Positions 1 through 46,380 of a stretch of DNA of 64,000 nucleotides are shown in pieces. The notes beneath the pieces were generated by a model. That model had not been told where the DNA came from. It saw only the letters and a program-made list of their open reading frames with translations, and did no database searches. Location of the stretch: the NCBI GenBank assembly GCA_012295275.1, contig CM022669.1, forward strand, positions 14,260,001-14,324,000. Reading direction: 5' to 3'. A program made the position numbers and the translations under genes. Position 1 is the stretch's first letter. Every line of letters starts with the position of its first letter. The DNA comes from Chrysomallon squamiferum. Its lineage: Eukaryota; Animalia; Mollusca.

Positions 1-104
1 AAATACTTGTTTTACGCTTTAATACCATTAAGAGGTTGGTAATATGACTATGACCGCAATTATGCAAAAGGTTGTTAATCTGTTTATATCATACAGTGTA
101 TTTA

Positions 105-139
<35 letters not shown>

Positions 140-142
<3 letters not shown>

Positions 143-820
143 GGGACTGTTGGAGTATTTATACCATTGGCATTGGTTAATGCTGTTTATACCATGTATC
201 AGGAATTGTTAATGTTGTTATAATCTTGTATTAGAGACTGTTAATGTTGCTATATATCATATATCAGAAACTGTTAATGTTGTTATATCTTGTATTAGAG
301 ACTGTTAATGTAGCTGTATCATATATTAGAGACTGTTAATGTTGTTATATCAGAAACTGCTGACATGTTTAAACCACATGTCAGAGGTTGTTTATGTGTT
401 TATACCAAATACCTGGGATTGTTAATATAGTTATATATATTGTTAATATAGTTACATATATTGTTAATGCAGCTATACCATAATAATTATTAATGTTTTT
501 ATATCATATATCAGAGGCTGTTATTGTGTTTATACATCAGATATTATTAGTATGTTTGTATCACATATCAGATATTGTTAATCAATTTATTCCATAAATC
601 AAACATTGCTAATATGTTTATAGCACATATCAGAGTTTGTCAGTGTTTGTACTGTATATTAGAGATCGTTAATCTGTTTTGTACCATGTATCAGATATTG
701 TTAATGCATCTATCCATGTATCAGAGGCTGTCAATGCATTTATAACATACATCATTGATTGTCAGTGTGTTTATGTCATCTGTCACAAGTTTATCATGTT
801 TTATAATCTCAGAGAGTTAT
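140..820. repeat. Degenerate ~31-bp tandem repeat in DMXL intron 23
   Basis: Recurrent TGTTAATGTTGTTATATCATATATCAGAGAC-like unit. Confidence 0.8.
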
Positions 821-958
821 AAGATGATAATCCTACACCTCAGAACATTTTCTTTGTGTTGTTTTCTCGAAGTTAATGTGTTAATGTATTTACAAAACAC
901 CTCAAAGGAAATAACATAATTTATATTTAATAGGTAGGCAGTGTGTTTGTAATCTTAC

Positions 959-34648
<33,690 letters not shown>

Positions 34649-35724
34649 TGTCTATATTTTACAGACGAAATACGGAAACAATGCTAGCATATTCATCTTT
34701 TTAATCCAAAATGTTATCGACCAGCGCCATGCTGAATCTGTTTGTAAGAAGATTCCTCCTTTTCGCAGCGCACTAATGTGACAAATTAAAGCAAAACTTG
34801 CACGTCAGTCCACCGGTATTACAATAAGAATTTGCCTAATTTAATTTTACATTTATTATTAGTATTGTTGTTGTTGTTGTTGTCGTAGTTATTATTATAA
34901 TTCTCCCTTAAACTCATAATTCTTGTTTAATTAATGAAAATTTATACAGTTAACATATTTATAATCCAACGATATTTCAAATCATTTGATTTTTTAAAAT
35001 AACAAAATAATTAATATTAGCATAAAATTAAAATAGATGTATCTTAAACAAAACAACAGCAAGACACAACATCAAAAAGAATAAAAACATAAGAAAAAAC
35101 CTTTTTTAATAGAAAGCGATAATAAAGCTGTGATATTTTAACAGATTTGTTTATACAAAATTTTAGTAAAGTCTCATTTTATTATATACATAAAAAAGAG
35201 GACAGTTTTCTAATTTGTTTTATATAAACATAAACATGTCAGTGATTATATTTTATATTAAAAATAATATTTTTAATTCAGCTACTACTGCTGATTCTTC
35301 TACTATTGTTATCTATCTGTCTATCTGTCCGACATTCCATTCATCTCTGCTTGTTTTTTTTTATCTGTCTTATATATATATATATATTTGTATTTAGTTT
35401 CAGTTACACACACTTATAGATTGTTTTAACTGAAAATTATTAAAAATATGATAACAACGAAAAGTCACATATGCTGAATAATTGTGTCCGGGTTGAACGA
35501 GTTTAATCTGATATCTAAAGGGAAGTAACTACTATTGCCTTATCAGACACAACAAAGAACGTAATATTAGGAAATCCGCTAACTTCTGTAAATCTTCATA
35601 TTAAAACGTTTATTTTACTAGAAATACGAGTAAATGTAATAATATCGTTAATAGAAAGCACTTGATTTCGATGATTATTAAGGTGAAAAAAAAAAAAAAA
35701 AAAGAAAAAAAAAATAATAAAATA

Positions 35725-35762
<38 letters not shown>

Positions 35763-35849
35763 CAACAACAACAACCATAACAACATTATTATTATTGCTA
35801 TCATCAACATCATCATTATCACTGTCATTCATCATCATCATCATCATCA

Positions 35850-35891
<42 letters not shown>

Positions 35892-36376
35892 GTTCATGTT
35901 TATATTTAGCATTGGATTAATGTCAATAATAATACCATTATCATCATCCCTATTATTATAAAAGTCTTCATGGTATATTTTATGGACATATAAGGACATA
36001 AACACAGTTAAGAAAAACGACACCTGTTTTATCGATCTGCATAATAATACGGGCGTAACCGGTGACGTCACATTTACAAGCATTAGCTTCATTCATTACT
36101 TGCTCACAAAACGTATGTTTTGACTAGGTTATTTTGTTTTCACCGTTCCACTGCTTATAATACGATTATGTAGCTGACGGTCTGCTGTGCCAATGAGTGC
36201 GTGGGATCGCAATGACTAAGACCCATTAAGACCCATCATATGCATGCAAAAACAATCAATATACACGTCCTAAAACAAATTGCATACAGGTTACATACAT
36301 ATGACACTGACGAACGTAGGGCCTTATTTAGGGATACATATACTGAAGGCATCAAAATCTGAAGGGTCCTAACTAA

Positions 36377-36440
<64 letters not shown>

Positions 36441-36852
36441 GTTATGATTTTATTATAGTTTATCTATGCTTAAGAACAGTTAATGTTCACAAATTAATTA
36501 TCGCCGTGTTTTTTTTTGTTGTTCTAGAAACTAATACAAGGCAACTGTCCCAAATAGGGCCTCTCCAACTTTCTATACGCTTATGACCAAACCGTATCTA
36601 AATCCAGGGTGAACGTAATGTTTGTTACAGTTGGCTAAATAAATAAATATGAGTAAAATAGTCAAATTAGTTATCTCCACATTAAAAACTAATAATCATA
36701 TGATTATGTGTTAAACTTTAAAATATCAGGTATGAGTTATGTTTCTTTTTTCCTTTTTTCTTCTTCTTTTCTTTTCTTTTTCTTTTTTTGTATTTATTAT
36801 TATTATTATTATTTTTTTTTTTTTTTATTAATTTTATTATTATTATTATTTA

Positions 36853-36885
<33 letters not shown>

Positions 36886-37971
36886 ATTTCTTAAGTTTAC
36901 TTTTTGGTATTGTAATTCAGTTGCAAAGTGATATTTTAGAAGATGAATCATATGCGTATGCTTTCGCTGTGTCACAAATCTTTTAGGATTCATTCTGGGT
37001 AAGAAGTTACACAAACGGATTCAAAGGGGAAACACTGCACGCTTACCAAACTAATTTTTTATTTCTTTTTCTTTCTTTTCTCTTTTCTTTTTTCTTTTAT
37101 TCTCTTTTTATCTGTAAATCCCTGCAGTTACGTCATAATGAACATTACGCTGACGTTACCAAGATAGCAGCTGCAGTGACGACACCCTTTTCTTTTTTTA
37201 AATCCTGAACCGCCCACGTTATTGTCTGTGTTTATATTTTAAATATACCAAGACGTATGACAACAACTCTTTTTTTTTTGAACAGTCGAGTCACGTTGTT
37301 TTGTTAACGATCGAAGTCACATGTAATCAATCACATGCCAGTTCGCATGTGAATATATACATGAATGGGCTGAGATAAGTTTACGGAAAAAACCCAACAA
37401 AAAAAACCCCCACCATTCGTATTGACTAAATATATTTAAAACGCTGGACAATGCAGTTTCGGTTGAGTTCAGTCACTGAATATAGTTTGTTTTATTTATA
37501 TCGTTCTCTCTCTCTTGCTAAACATAAACATTATTATTATTATTTATTTTTTTAAAAATAAATGTTAGAAGTTAATCAGTCAGCTCTAATGATGTTTATA
37601 CGCGTCTGACTTTTTATTTGTTTTTACTCTTGCTAAAATAAAGACGTTTTTAAACCTTACTGATTAAATTTGTAATATATATAGACACACATACACACAT
37701 ATATATGTATGTGTGTGTGTGTGTGTGTATAGATAGATAGATAGATAGAGAGATAGATATAATGAAATTGAAGCTTATCTAAGAACGTTATTTAAGTATC
37801 TGATCAGGTTGTATTTAATTAAAAAAATGTACAATGCTGTCTGGCAATATGTATAGCAGACGTACATTAATTATATGTAATTATAGCTGTTTCAGTGCCC
37901 GAGTATGAGTTATTTACGCAAGTTCAATAGTAATAAGCGGATAGACTGGTACAAAAGCTGTACAAATATTC

Positions 37972-38080
37972 ACATATTTTCAGGCAGCGGTTCATAGAAA
38001 TGATTTTAATTAACGAAGCAAGTAGCAAAACAGAAATATAGGTTAATTTTTTTTTTTTTTTTTATTTTTTTTTTTTTCTT

Positions 38081-38128
<48 letters not shown>

Positions 38129-39359
38129 ATATTATATTGAAATATTCTTTCATAGAATATTTACTTTCGTGGTGTGTTTACTTAAGGCCACTCAAAATAT
38201 AGTAGAGCATATTTCAAACATTATTAATATTATTTATTAATACATTAGCACATTTCAGTAGTGTCTTTTCTCGTTTCTAACACGTGTAATTATATATATA
38301 TATATATTAAAAGAGTAGTTTTAATTTATTGACAAAACACTTTTTTATTTATACTGTACCTCATATGGATCTGTTATTCTAAAACAAACATACAAACAAA
38401 TCAACAAAAAAATCACCACAAAATTGCCTCATGAACCTTTATTATGAAACTGATCAAATATGTACAAACATGAAAAAAAAAAAATGTGGGAACACAAAAA
38501 TCAATCTTCAAACAAATGATATGTGATACTTTTCGCATTGTATTTACAAATAATCTTTTGTTTTAAATAAATGAAATTTATTTCACCTCGAAAATCTGCT
38601 GGTGCTACTGTTACAGCTGTTATTACTTCTACTAATACTTCTAATATTTCGTAATGAGCATTTATTGTGCAGACATTCATTTGTTTATTATCATTTCAAA
38701 ATGATTTATAATCACCAAGATGGAACGCGGAAATGAAAGGACACGACAAAAACAAAGAGCTATTTTTGGTATTTATATAGTGATTTTCTTTACATATTTT
38801 CAGGCAGCGGTTCATAGAAATGATTTTAATTAACGAAGCAAGCAGCAGAACAGAAATATAGGTTAATTTAATTTTATTTTATTTTCCTTTTTTTTATCTT
38901 TCTTTCTTTCTTTCTTTTTATTTTTTTTTTTATTTTTATTTTTTTGATATTATATTGAAATGTTCTTGCATAGAATATTTACATTCGTGGTGTGTTTACT
39001 TAAGGCCACTCAAAATATAGTAGAGCATATTTCAAACATTATTATTATTATTTATTAATACATTGGCACATTTCAGTAGTGTCGTTTCTCGTTTCTAACA
39101 CTTATATATATATATTAAAAGAGTAGTTTTAATTTATTGATAAAACACTCGTTTATTTATATTCTACCTCATATGGATCTGTTATTCTAAAACAAACATA
39201 CAAACAAATCAACAAAACAAAATCACCACAAAATTGTGTTATGAACCTTTATTATGAAACTGATCAAATATGTACAAGCATGAAATAAAATGTGGGAACA
39301 CAAAAATCAATCTTCAAACAAATGATATGTAATACTTTTCGTATTGTATTTACACATAA
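37972..39359. repeat. Direct duplication of ~570 bp (37972-38553, 38792-39359) with an intervening insert
   Basis: Both copies start ACATATTTTCAGGCAGCGGTTCATAGAAATG and end ...TACTTTTCG(C/T)ATTGTATTTACA. Confidence 0.93.
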
Positions 39360-39460
39360 CCACTGAATACACAACCTATGCATGAACACACACTGTTGGT
39401 GTATTGTATTCTAAAACAGAATTATATAGTAGGAACTGCAAAAAAATAAAATAAACATAA

Positions 39461-39513
<53 letters not shown>

Positions 39514-39627
39514 AATAAATAAATAAAAACAATGATAAATACAATTGTATTTGTTTTAATACTTATTAATGAACACATATAGATAACGGTAACTGCATAA
39601 TTTTATATACATCATGTGGGTAACACA

Positions 39628-39671
<44 letters not shown>

Positions 39672-40202
39672 ATGTTAAAACAGTAGGTAAATATCTGCAT
39701 TTAATTAATTTCAGATAGATTTTGATTTATCATATCATTAGTCTATTTACTTTTGAAATTCAAATAATAGCAATGATAGCAACGATTTTTTTTGTAAAAT
39801 GTCTAATTCTTAGAACTGCTAAATACTAGATAAAAATAAAAATTATCTTACTGCTTCGATTATATTTGATTTGATTTAATATAAATAATGTATAACTAAT
39901 TGCTGCCTTTTACTTCAGTTTGTAACTCAAAACGAGCAACATTAAATTACTTATAATTTAAATTATCCTCTCAAATGATTCAAGATACACATTAACATAA
40001 TGCGCAGTATTTACAATCATTATTATTATCAATGTACATTTTCATCATTATTATTCCTAGTGTTATTGTTATTAGTATAAACATTCTAATTAATGGTAGA
40101 GGAACTGAACAATTTAAAAGAGAGAGGAATGCTTAGAAAACCGATACCGAAAAATAAATTAATTAATTAATAAATAAATCTTAACATGGTCCTATACATA
40201 TC

Positions 40203-40233
<31 letters not shown>

Positions 40234-41133
40234 TCTGAAATATTTTATTATTTCGACAACACCGTGAATAATTGAGTCTCGTCGCATGAATGTTTATTAA
40301 CACGTATACTTTCATGCTGTAACAAACTCATGCGTACAAACAAACAAAAATAATATAACGATTATGTCATTATGGGACAACAGTATCTAGCAGTATATTA
40401 GTGTGACGGATGGGTAGGCACGATTCTTATTTTTTTTTTCTTAGAAAAGAACGTGATAAACCAGTCATGTGTCTCTCTCTGTTAGGAACGGGAAATATAT
40501 TAAAGAGACTAAGTAAACAAAAAGTCTAATTATGATTATTTCACAAAATAAATGAAATTAATGGCGTATAAACTGAGATCGTTAGAACTTATATACAGTA
40601 AACATAATAACATTTCAATAACATAAATAAATATATATCATTTTGTTTTTCTTTATAATTTCAAGTAACAGTTTTCAGTACGTAGAATATGTACACAAAC
40701 CAGTGACTTACTAAACTTATTCAAAATACTACTTTCTTTCATTTTGGCACATTTTTGCGGAGAAATTACTGGACTGACTGAAACATCATATTTTCTTTTA
40801 CCATCCACATTGTCCAGAATCCAAATATCTAGTTTCCGCGAACAGGATTTTCTACAGTTTAGATGTATTTATGATTTAATAGTGTGTTTGTTCTGGATTA
40901 TTATTATTATCTTATTTTTGTTTTAATTCATAAGAATTTATTTATTTTACAATAACATCAACCAGATGGTGTAACAGTACACCAATACGAGTGTGATCCT
41001 ATTAGACAACCGATCGTCTCAACCACGACATGCATGCCAACTTTCTTTTTTCTCTTCACAGCATTCTCAGCACCGTTTGAGATAGGTGGAAATGTCGTCT
41101 CCTTTTTGTCACGTCTTCCATTCTGCTTCGAGT

Positions 41134-41241
41134 TCAAGGCCTCGCAAAATGCTTCCAACCGTAATATATCGTGAGAGCGAAAACCGCCCCGAAAAAATAA
41201 TACTTGCCAGGAACTGAGGCAGTCTGTCCTAAAATTCGTCC
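41134..41241 (-). CDS. BAX-like exon 4 (transmembrane anchor, stop)
   Basis: ttccAG|GRILGQTASVPGKYYFFGAVFALTIYYGWKHFARP-TGA. Confidence 0.85.
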   Translation of the reverse strand, partial: GRILGQTASVPGKYYFFGAVFALTIYYGWKHFARP

Positions 41242-41292
41242 CTGGAATCGAAACGAAAATCATGAACGCGTTTTGTTTTGTAGTTTCATGTT

Positions 41293-41342
<50 letters not shown>

Positions 41343-42277
41343 TGAGAGCGAGAGCGAGAGAGAGAGAGAGAGAGAGAAGGATAGAAATAGGGCGACTGGG
41401 ATGGGGAGAGAGATAGGGAAGGGAAGAAAAATCAGAAACGAAGTGTGAAAGAAAGAAACATAAGAGAGACAGAAGGTGAATGAATGTGGGAGAGAAGAAG
41501 AGAAAAACAAATATACAGAGAGAAATAAAATCTTACCCATCCTCCTTGTTCCTGAACCCAGGTGCTGACATTGTCAGCTATGAATGTGAGCGACCATTGT
41601 AGAAACTGTTTAAACAGATCCACCCCTCGTTTCAGTGATCTCACGGCCACGTCTGAACAGAAGAAGAACAGCACCATAATTCGTTCCTTGGTAAATCCGC
41701 CTTCATAAAATAGTTCTTTGAGTAGGTCGCAAAAGTGCTCGAAAGTCACATCCGTGATGCCCACCTAGAACAACAAATGAAACTGTAACAACAAAAGAAA
41801 GCAAGAAAATAAAAATAATTAGTAAAAAAAATAATAATAATATTAACAAATTAAAAAATAAATACGAATTGTAAGAAAAATAAATAATTAGAAAAAAAAA
41901 TAAAAATAAAAACAAAGAAAAACAATCAGTATTTAATTAGTAATTAACTTACGCGAAAGCGTCATCATCATTATCATCATCATAATCATCAATATCATTT
42001 TAATCATCATTATTATTATTTCGACAAGAAACAACAAATACATTCTATATGCGTGCATGTGTGGATGTGAATCATATAATATAAATTCATAAAAGAATAA
42101 TAATAATAATATTAATAATAATATTAATAATAATAATAATAACAATAACAATAATAATATTTTAAATGAGCTAAATAATTAAGAAAAGAAAGCAAGAAGT
42201 GGGAAAGGGCTCTAGTACACAGATTATATTGCTGTTGTTATTGTTCTTGTAATTATTATTATTATTATTATTATTAT

Positions 42278-42318
<41 letters not shown>

Positions 42319-45007
42319 TTAATGTTGATATATTATTATAGTTATTGTCTTTATCATAGAACATAATTACTGTTGTTTTTACTGGAGTTAGTGTTGTTAT
42401 ATTATCACTCCTCGTTTTTTTTTTTTTTTTTTTTTTTCTGTTGTTATCTCTAAATCACGTGTTTACAGAGGTAAATTAGTACTTGTGTTTTCTGCTAGGC
42501 TTGACCCTGCAATATGGTGCAGTGGTTAAAAAAAGGTCTGTGTGCACTTAATAACCCGCCAAGGGATTATTCCACTTTGCTAAATAGAGCATAATTGTTT
42601 CACAGCATCTCTAATCAATAACATTCCCATGAGCTTTATTTTTGTGGCAAAGTGTAAGAAAATATCGACATTAAATTGTAATAAAATATATATTAAAATT
42701 TTAAGATTTTCTAATTCGTGTTTTCGGTTAAAGCTAGGTCTTTTGTGTGATTTGCAATGTTTAAGCATTGGCGGAGGGGGGGGGGATGGCAAATCTATAA
42801 CGATTTTAGGATTAAGTTTAATTAAGCCCCATAATCGGTTTGGGTTACTGAATAACGCTTGTAAATATGTCTCTAAATAAATATATATATACGCTTGTAA
42901 ATATGTCTCTAAATATATATATATATATATATGTCTGTGTATGTTTATGTGTGTGTGTGTGTGTGTGTGTGTGTACATCAGCACTTGTTTATTTATAATG
43001 TATGTGTAAGTCTGCGTTCCCTAAATTTGCGCTCGTAAGTTAAAATTAGAAAATTAAAAAACTAATTGTCAGCAAATGGATTTAATTTAATTAGAAAGCT
43101 ATTACAGGCTTGTAAATAAGTATGAAATGAGAAAGAGTTTGATAATACAAAATGTAACTATAAGTTCATGAATTAAAAAAAAAAAAAAAATTTTTTTTTT
43201 AATAATCACCTCATTAGCTCTTTTTCTAATCTTCTCTCTCTTTTCTGTTTTTGCAAATTCATCTGCCATCCACCTCAGTTCTCTGCCGGCTTTTGCCCAT
43301 ATAGGGTTTTTGTAACCAGTAGGGGTGCTGAAAACAAATACGGGAATCATTACACTTTTATATAAGTAATTTACATACTGGGTACAAATTATAACCTACA
43401 AATAAAATCTAAGACACGCAAAATATTAGCAAAATATTTTGTAATAATAATAAAACTAATATTTCTTTATATGTATGTTATGTGTCTTTGTGTTCGCGCT
43501 TGCGATATGTATTTGTTTGAATATATAACGTTTTATTTTTTTTCTCAACCACCCAGTTCTATTATATATTAAACTAAAGAAAACAGAGATATAAAGTAAA
43601 GAAAAAAAAAAAAAAATAAAAAAAATAAATAAATAAATAAAAAGCAAAAAGAAAAGTAAACAGTGATGAAGAGTAAAGAAATGATACAAAGTAAAGTGAA
43701 AAAAATAAATAAATAAATAAATAAATAAAAAAAAAAAAAAAGAAAAGTAAATAAATAAATAAAAAGAAAAAAGAAAAGTAAATAAAACAAAATGTAATAG
43801 CGGTCTTGTTAATTTTATTAAAACATTCTCCAGTTTTCTGTGTTTTACAACTAAAGAATGTACCCGTAACAAACAAGTCTAGACACGTCTGCTGCATGCT
43901 TGCACGCGCTATTATTGATCTAGGCAAGAGCAGACGATAACGCTCTTTTTCACTTTTTTTTTATTTTTTATTTTATTGTGTTGATAACGTGACGTAACAA
44001 ATAACAACAGACGGGTGACATAAGCCGTATTTAAGGAAAGGGTGGAGTCAATGTGATGAGACTTGTCAATCAAACAGTTAATCACCGTTAAACCAATGTC
44101 CGAGTCATTTATTTATTTATAGTTAGTATATAATATGGTTACCTTCGATTGTTTTTATTTGCTTCTGTTGATACCTAGAGTCGTTACCATAACCTTTTAA
44201 GTCCACAAACATTTATACATATTAAATAATATTACAAAACAAACAATCATTTAGGAGCAAGGATGGATGGATGGATGGATGGATGAATGGATTAAATGCA
44301 AAAAAAAAAAAAAAAAAAAAAACCCCATAAGAAAACACAAATAAATTCAAATAACAACACCAGGAGTATTGGTTGTTGTAGTTGGTGTAATACTAGCAGT
44401 GGTAGTAGTTGTAGCAGAAGTAGCAGTAGCCTTTTATTTTAAATAAATGAAATTTATTTCACCTCGAAAGCTACTGCTGCTACCACTTCTACTAATACTT
44501 CTAATATTTCGTAATGAGCATTTATTTGTTTATCATCATTTCAAAATGATTTATAATCACCTTAGTAGAACGCGGAAATGAAATGACACGTCGTTCGGTA
44601 TCGCCAAAAATAAATAGCTATTTTTGGTATTTGTATACAGTGATTTTTCTTTACAGTTTGTTCTTATTATATTACTGTTTACGAATTTTGTTTTTACATG
44701 CTGCTATACAAAACTGATAATAAAGGTATCTGTCTGTCTGTTGTGATTATATTTCAACGCTCGGTGCTTTCGCTGTGAAGGGTCAAACTGACGTAAACGG
44801 CTGTAAATAAGGACACTGTGATCATTGTTATTTTAGTACGAATAACTAACCATACCTGAAAGGTGAGATCAGGACGGATGTAAGGTGAGTATGATTATTT
44901 CACTACGCAATGTATTCGCATTAAAGTAAATGAGAAAATCCGTAACAACAGTAGTAGTATTAGTATTAGCAGCAGCAGCAGCAGTAGTAGTAGTAGTGGT
45001 GGTTGTT

Positions 45008-45043
<36 letters not shown>

Positions 45044-45332
45044 ATTATAATAATATTAATGTTAATAACAACAACGTGACTATAATGCAAGTATTGATCA
45101 AAATATAATATAGTGTACTACTATTATCATTATCACTGTTAGTGCTATTATGAAACTGTCATTACTGCAACTAGAACTATCTCATTTATTATTATTTCTG
45201 ATAACCGCTACAACAGCAACTTCTTCGTTTATTCGTCTAACTGTAAGTACTATTACAAAATAATTACCACTTCTACAAAAGCAACTACTGCTTCTACTGC
45301 TATAACTGTTACGATATATAAACATATAAACC

Positions 45333-45421
<89 letters not shown>

Positions 45422-45671
45422 TTGCAGTGATTTTTTTAAAAAAAGCATGTACTTACCAAATAGTATCCAGCGGTTCTGGAGCTTCAAGCCCTTCTTTAAC
45501 GACCTCACAATAAACAAAGTTTGTAAACAATTCCTTGCTTTCTTCTACCTGAACATTAACCTTTCGTTTCGGTGGATTATGCTTCGGCATAATTAGGGGT
45601 GGTAGGGTACGACTTCGTCCGCGTCTGTCCACTAAAGAACCCCCCTGTTCCATTCTGTTACATTTCACCAT
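41134..45671 (-). CDS. Multi-domain Bcl-2 family apoptosis regulator (BAX-like), 4 coding exons, about 216-222 aa
   Basis: Exons 45457-45671 (alternative ATG 45653), 43210-43327, 41537-41764 and 41134-41241 splice in frame via GT-AG. BH3-like GRELRWMADEF, BH1-like ELFYEGGFTKERIMVLFFF, BH2 WVQEQGGW, C-terminal tail anchor YYFFGAVFALTIYYGWKHFARP*. Confidence 0.9.
41537..41764 (-). CDS. BAX-like exon 3 (BH1-BH2)
   Basis: VGITDVTFEHFCDLLKELF...WVQEQGGW|GTAAGA; intron directly after GGW, as is typical of Bcl-2 family genes. Confidence 0.92.
43210..43327 (-). CDS. BAX-like exon 2 (BH3)
   Basis: TPTGYKNPIWAKAGRELRWMADEFAKTEKREKIRKRANE. Confidence 0.88.
43871..43901. promoter_or_regulatory. Candidate p53/p63/p73 response element in BAX-like intron 1
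   Basis: AAACAAGTCT AGACACGTCT matches RRRCWWGYYY x2 at 19/20 with zero spacer; a third partial half-site CTGCATGCTT follows. Confidence 0.6.
45457..45671 (-). CDS. BAX-like exon 1
   Basis: M(VKCNRM)EQGG...VEESKELFTNFVYCEVVKEGLEAPEPLDTI-C, donor GTAAGT; start codon ambiguous (45671 or 45653). Confidence 0.8.
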
Positions 45672-45914
45672 AAACGAAAAACTGACTGTAACGATTACTC
45701 CACGTGGTTTTTTTGAGACTATCCGCGCGAACAACACAGATATTTTTGACTGCTCGAAATTGCCGCTTGAACGTGTTTCTGCTGATCTCCTGCCTATTTG
45801 ACTGTCTCTCTCCTTCTGCCGGGTTTCTTGTTTTCGTTTATGTTTATCTCTTCGTTTGTATAAAGTTAAGAGTGCAGTAACGTTCAACCTTATCCGCGCT
45901 GAGCTTAATTCAAT

Positions 45915-46380
45915 ACACAACCAATGAAGTACTTACTTAAGTGATAGTTTTATAGAGTTTTAGCTCAAATCATGACATCATCATCATACTACGGTCGCGC
46001 GTGACGCTGTCCCATATACGGAACAAGGACCGCCTCTTTATGTGTCCTAGTCATTGATTGGTTACATTTCAATCTATTTTTAGCACACCGCAGCATTGCT
46101 GAAAAAAAAATCCCCAGCAACAAACCGATAATTCACAATCCTATTAATAATGAAAGTAATCATTATATTTGTAAATTTGAGAAATAAAATACTACTACTA
46201 CTACTACTAATAATAATATTAATCATAAATAGCAAAGTTATAAGACATTATTTTGATTGTTGATTTCATTATTAATTTTCCCCGCTTATTTTAAATGTCT
46301 GGGAATTCCACAACGATTCCCGCCCCTCCTTATTTTTTTACCTTCGAGACTTTTCTTGTGTTGTTAATGTAGAATTTCCA
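45915..46380 (-). promoter_or_regulatory. Putative BAX-like promoter region
   Basis: CCAAT at 45921, ATTGG near 46057, CArG-like CCATATACGG near 46012, GC box 46319-46326, and four kappaB-like sites; CpG-richer than the flanks. Confidence 0.45.

Noticed and set aside
39460-39670. Poly-A run followed by poly-T run (fold-back)
   Set aside because: Homopolymers are ubiquitous in this window and carry no specific information.
42505-42560. tRNA/SINE A-box-like TGGTGCAGTGGTTA
   Set aside because: No B-box or cloverleaf follows; insufficient for a tRNA or SINE call.
45672-45920. Open frame upstream of the BAX-like ATG (non-AUG extension)
   Set aside because: No ATG and no recognisable protein features; compatible with chance in a 5' UTR.
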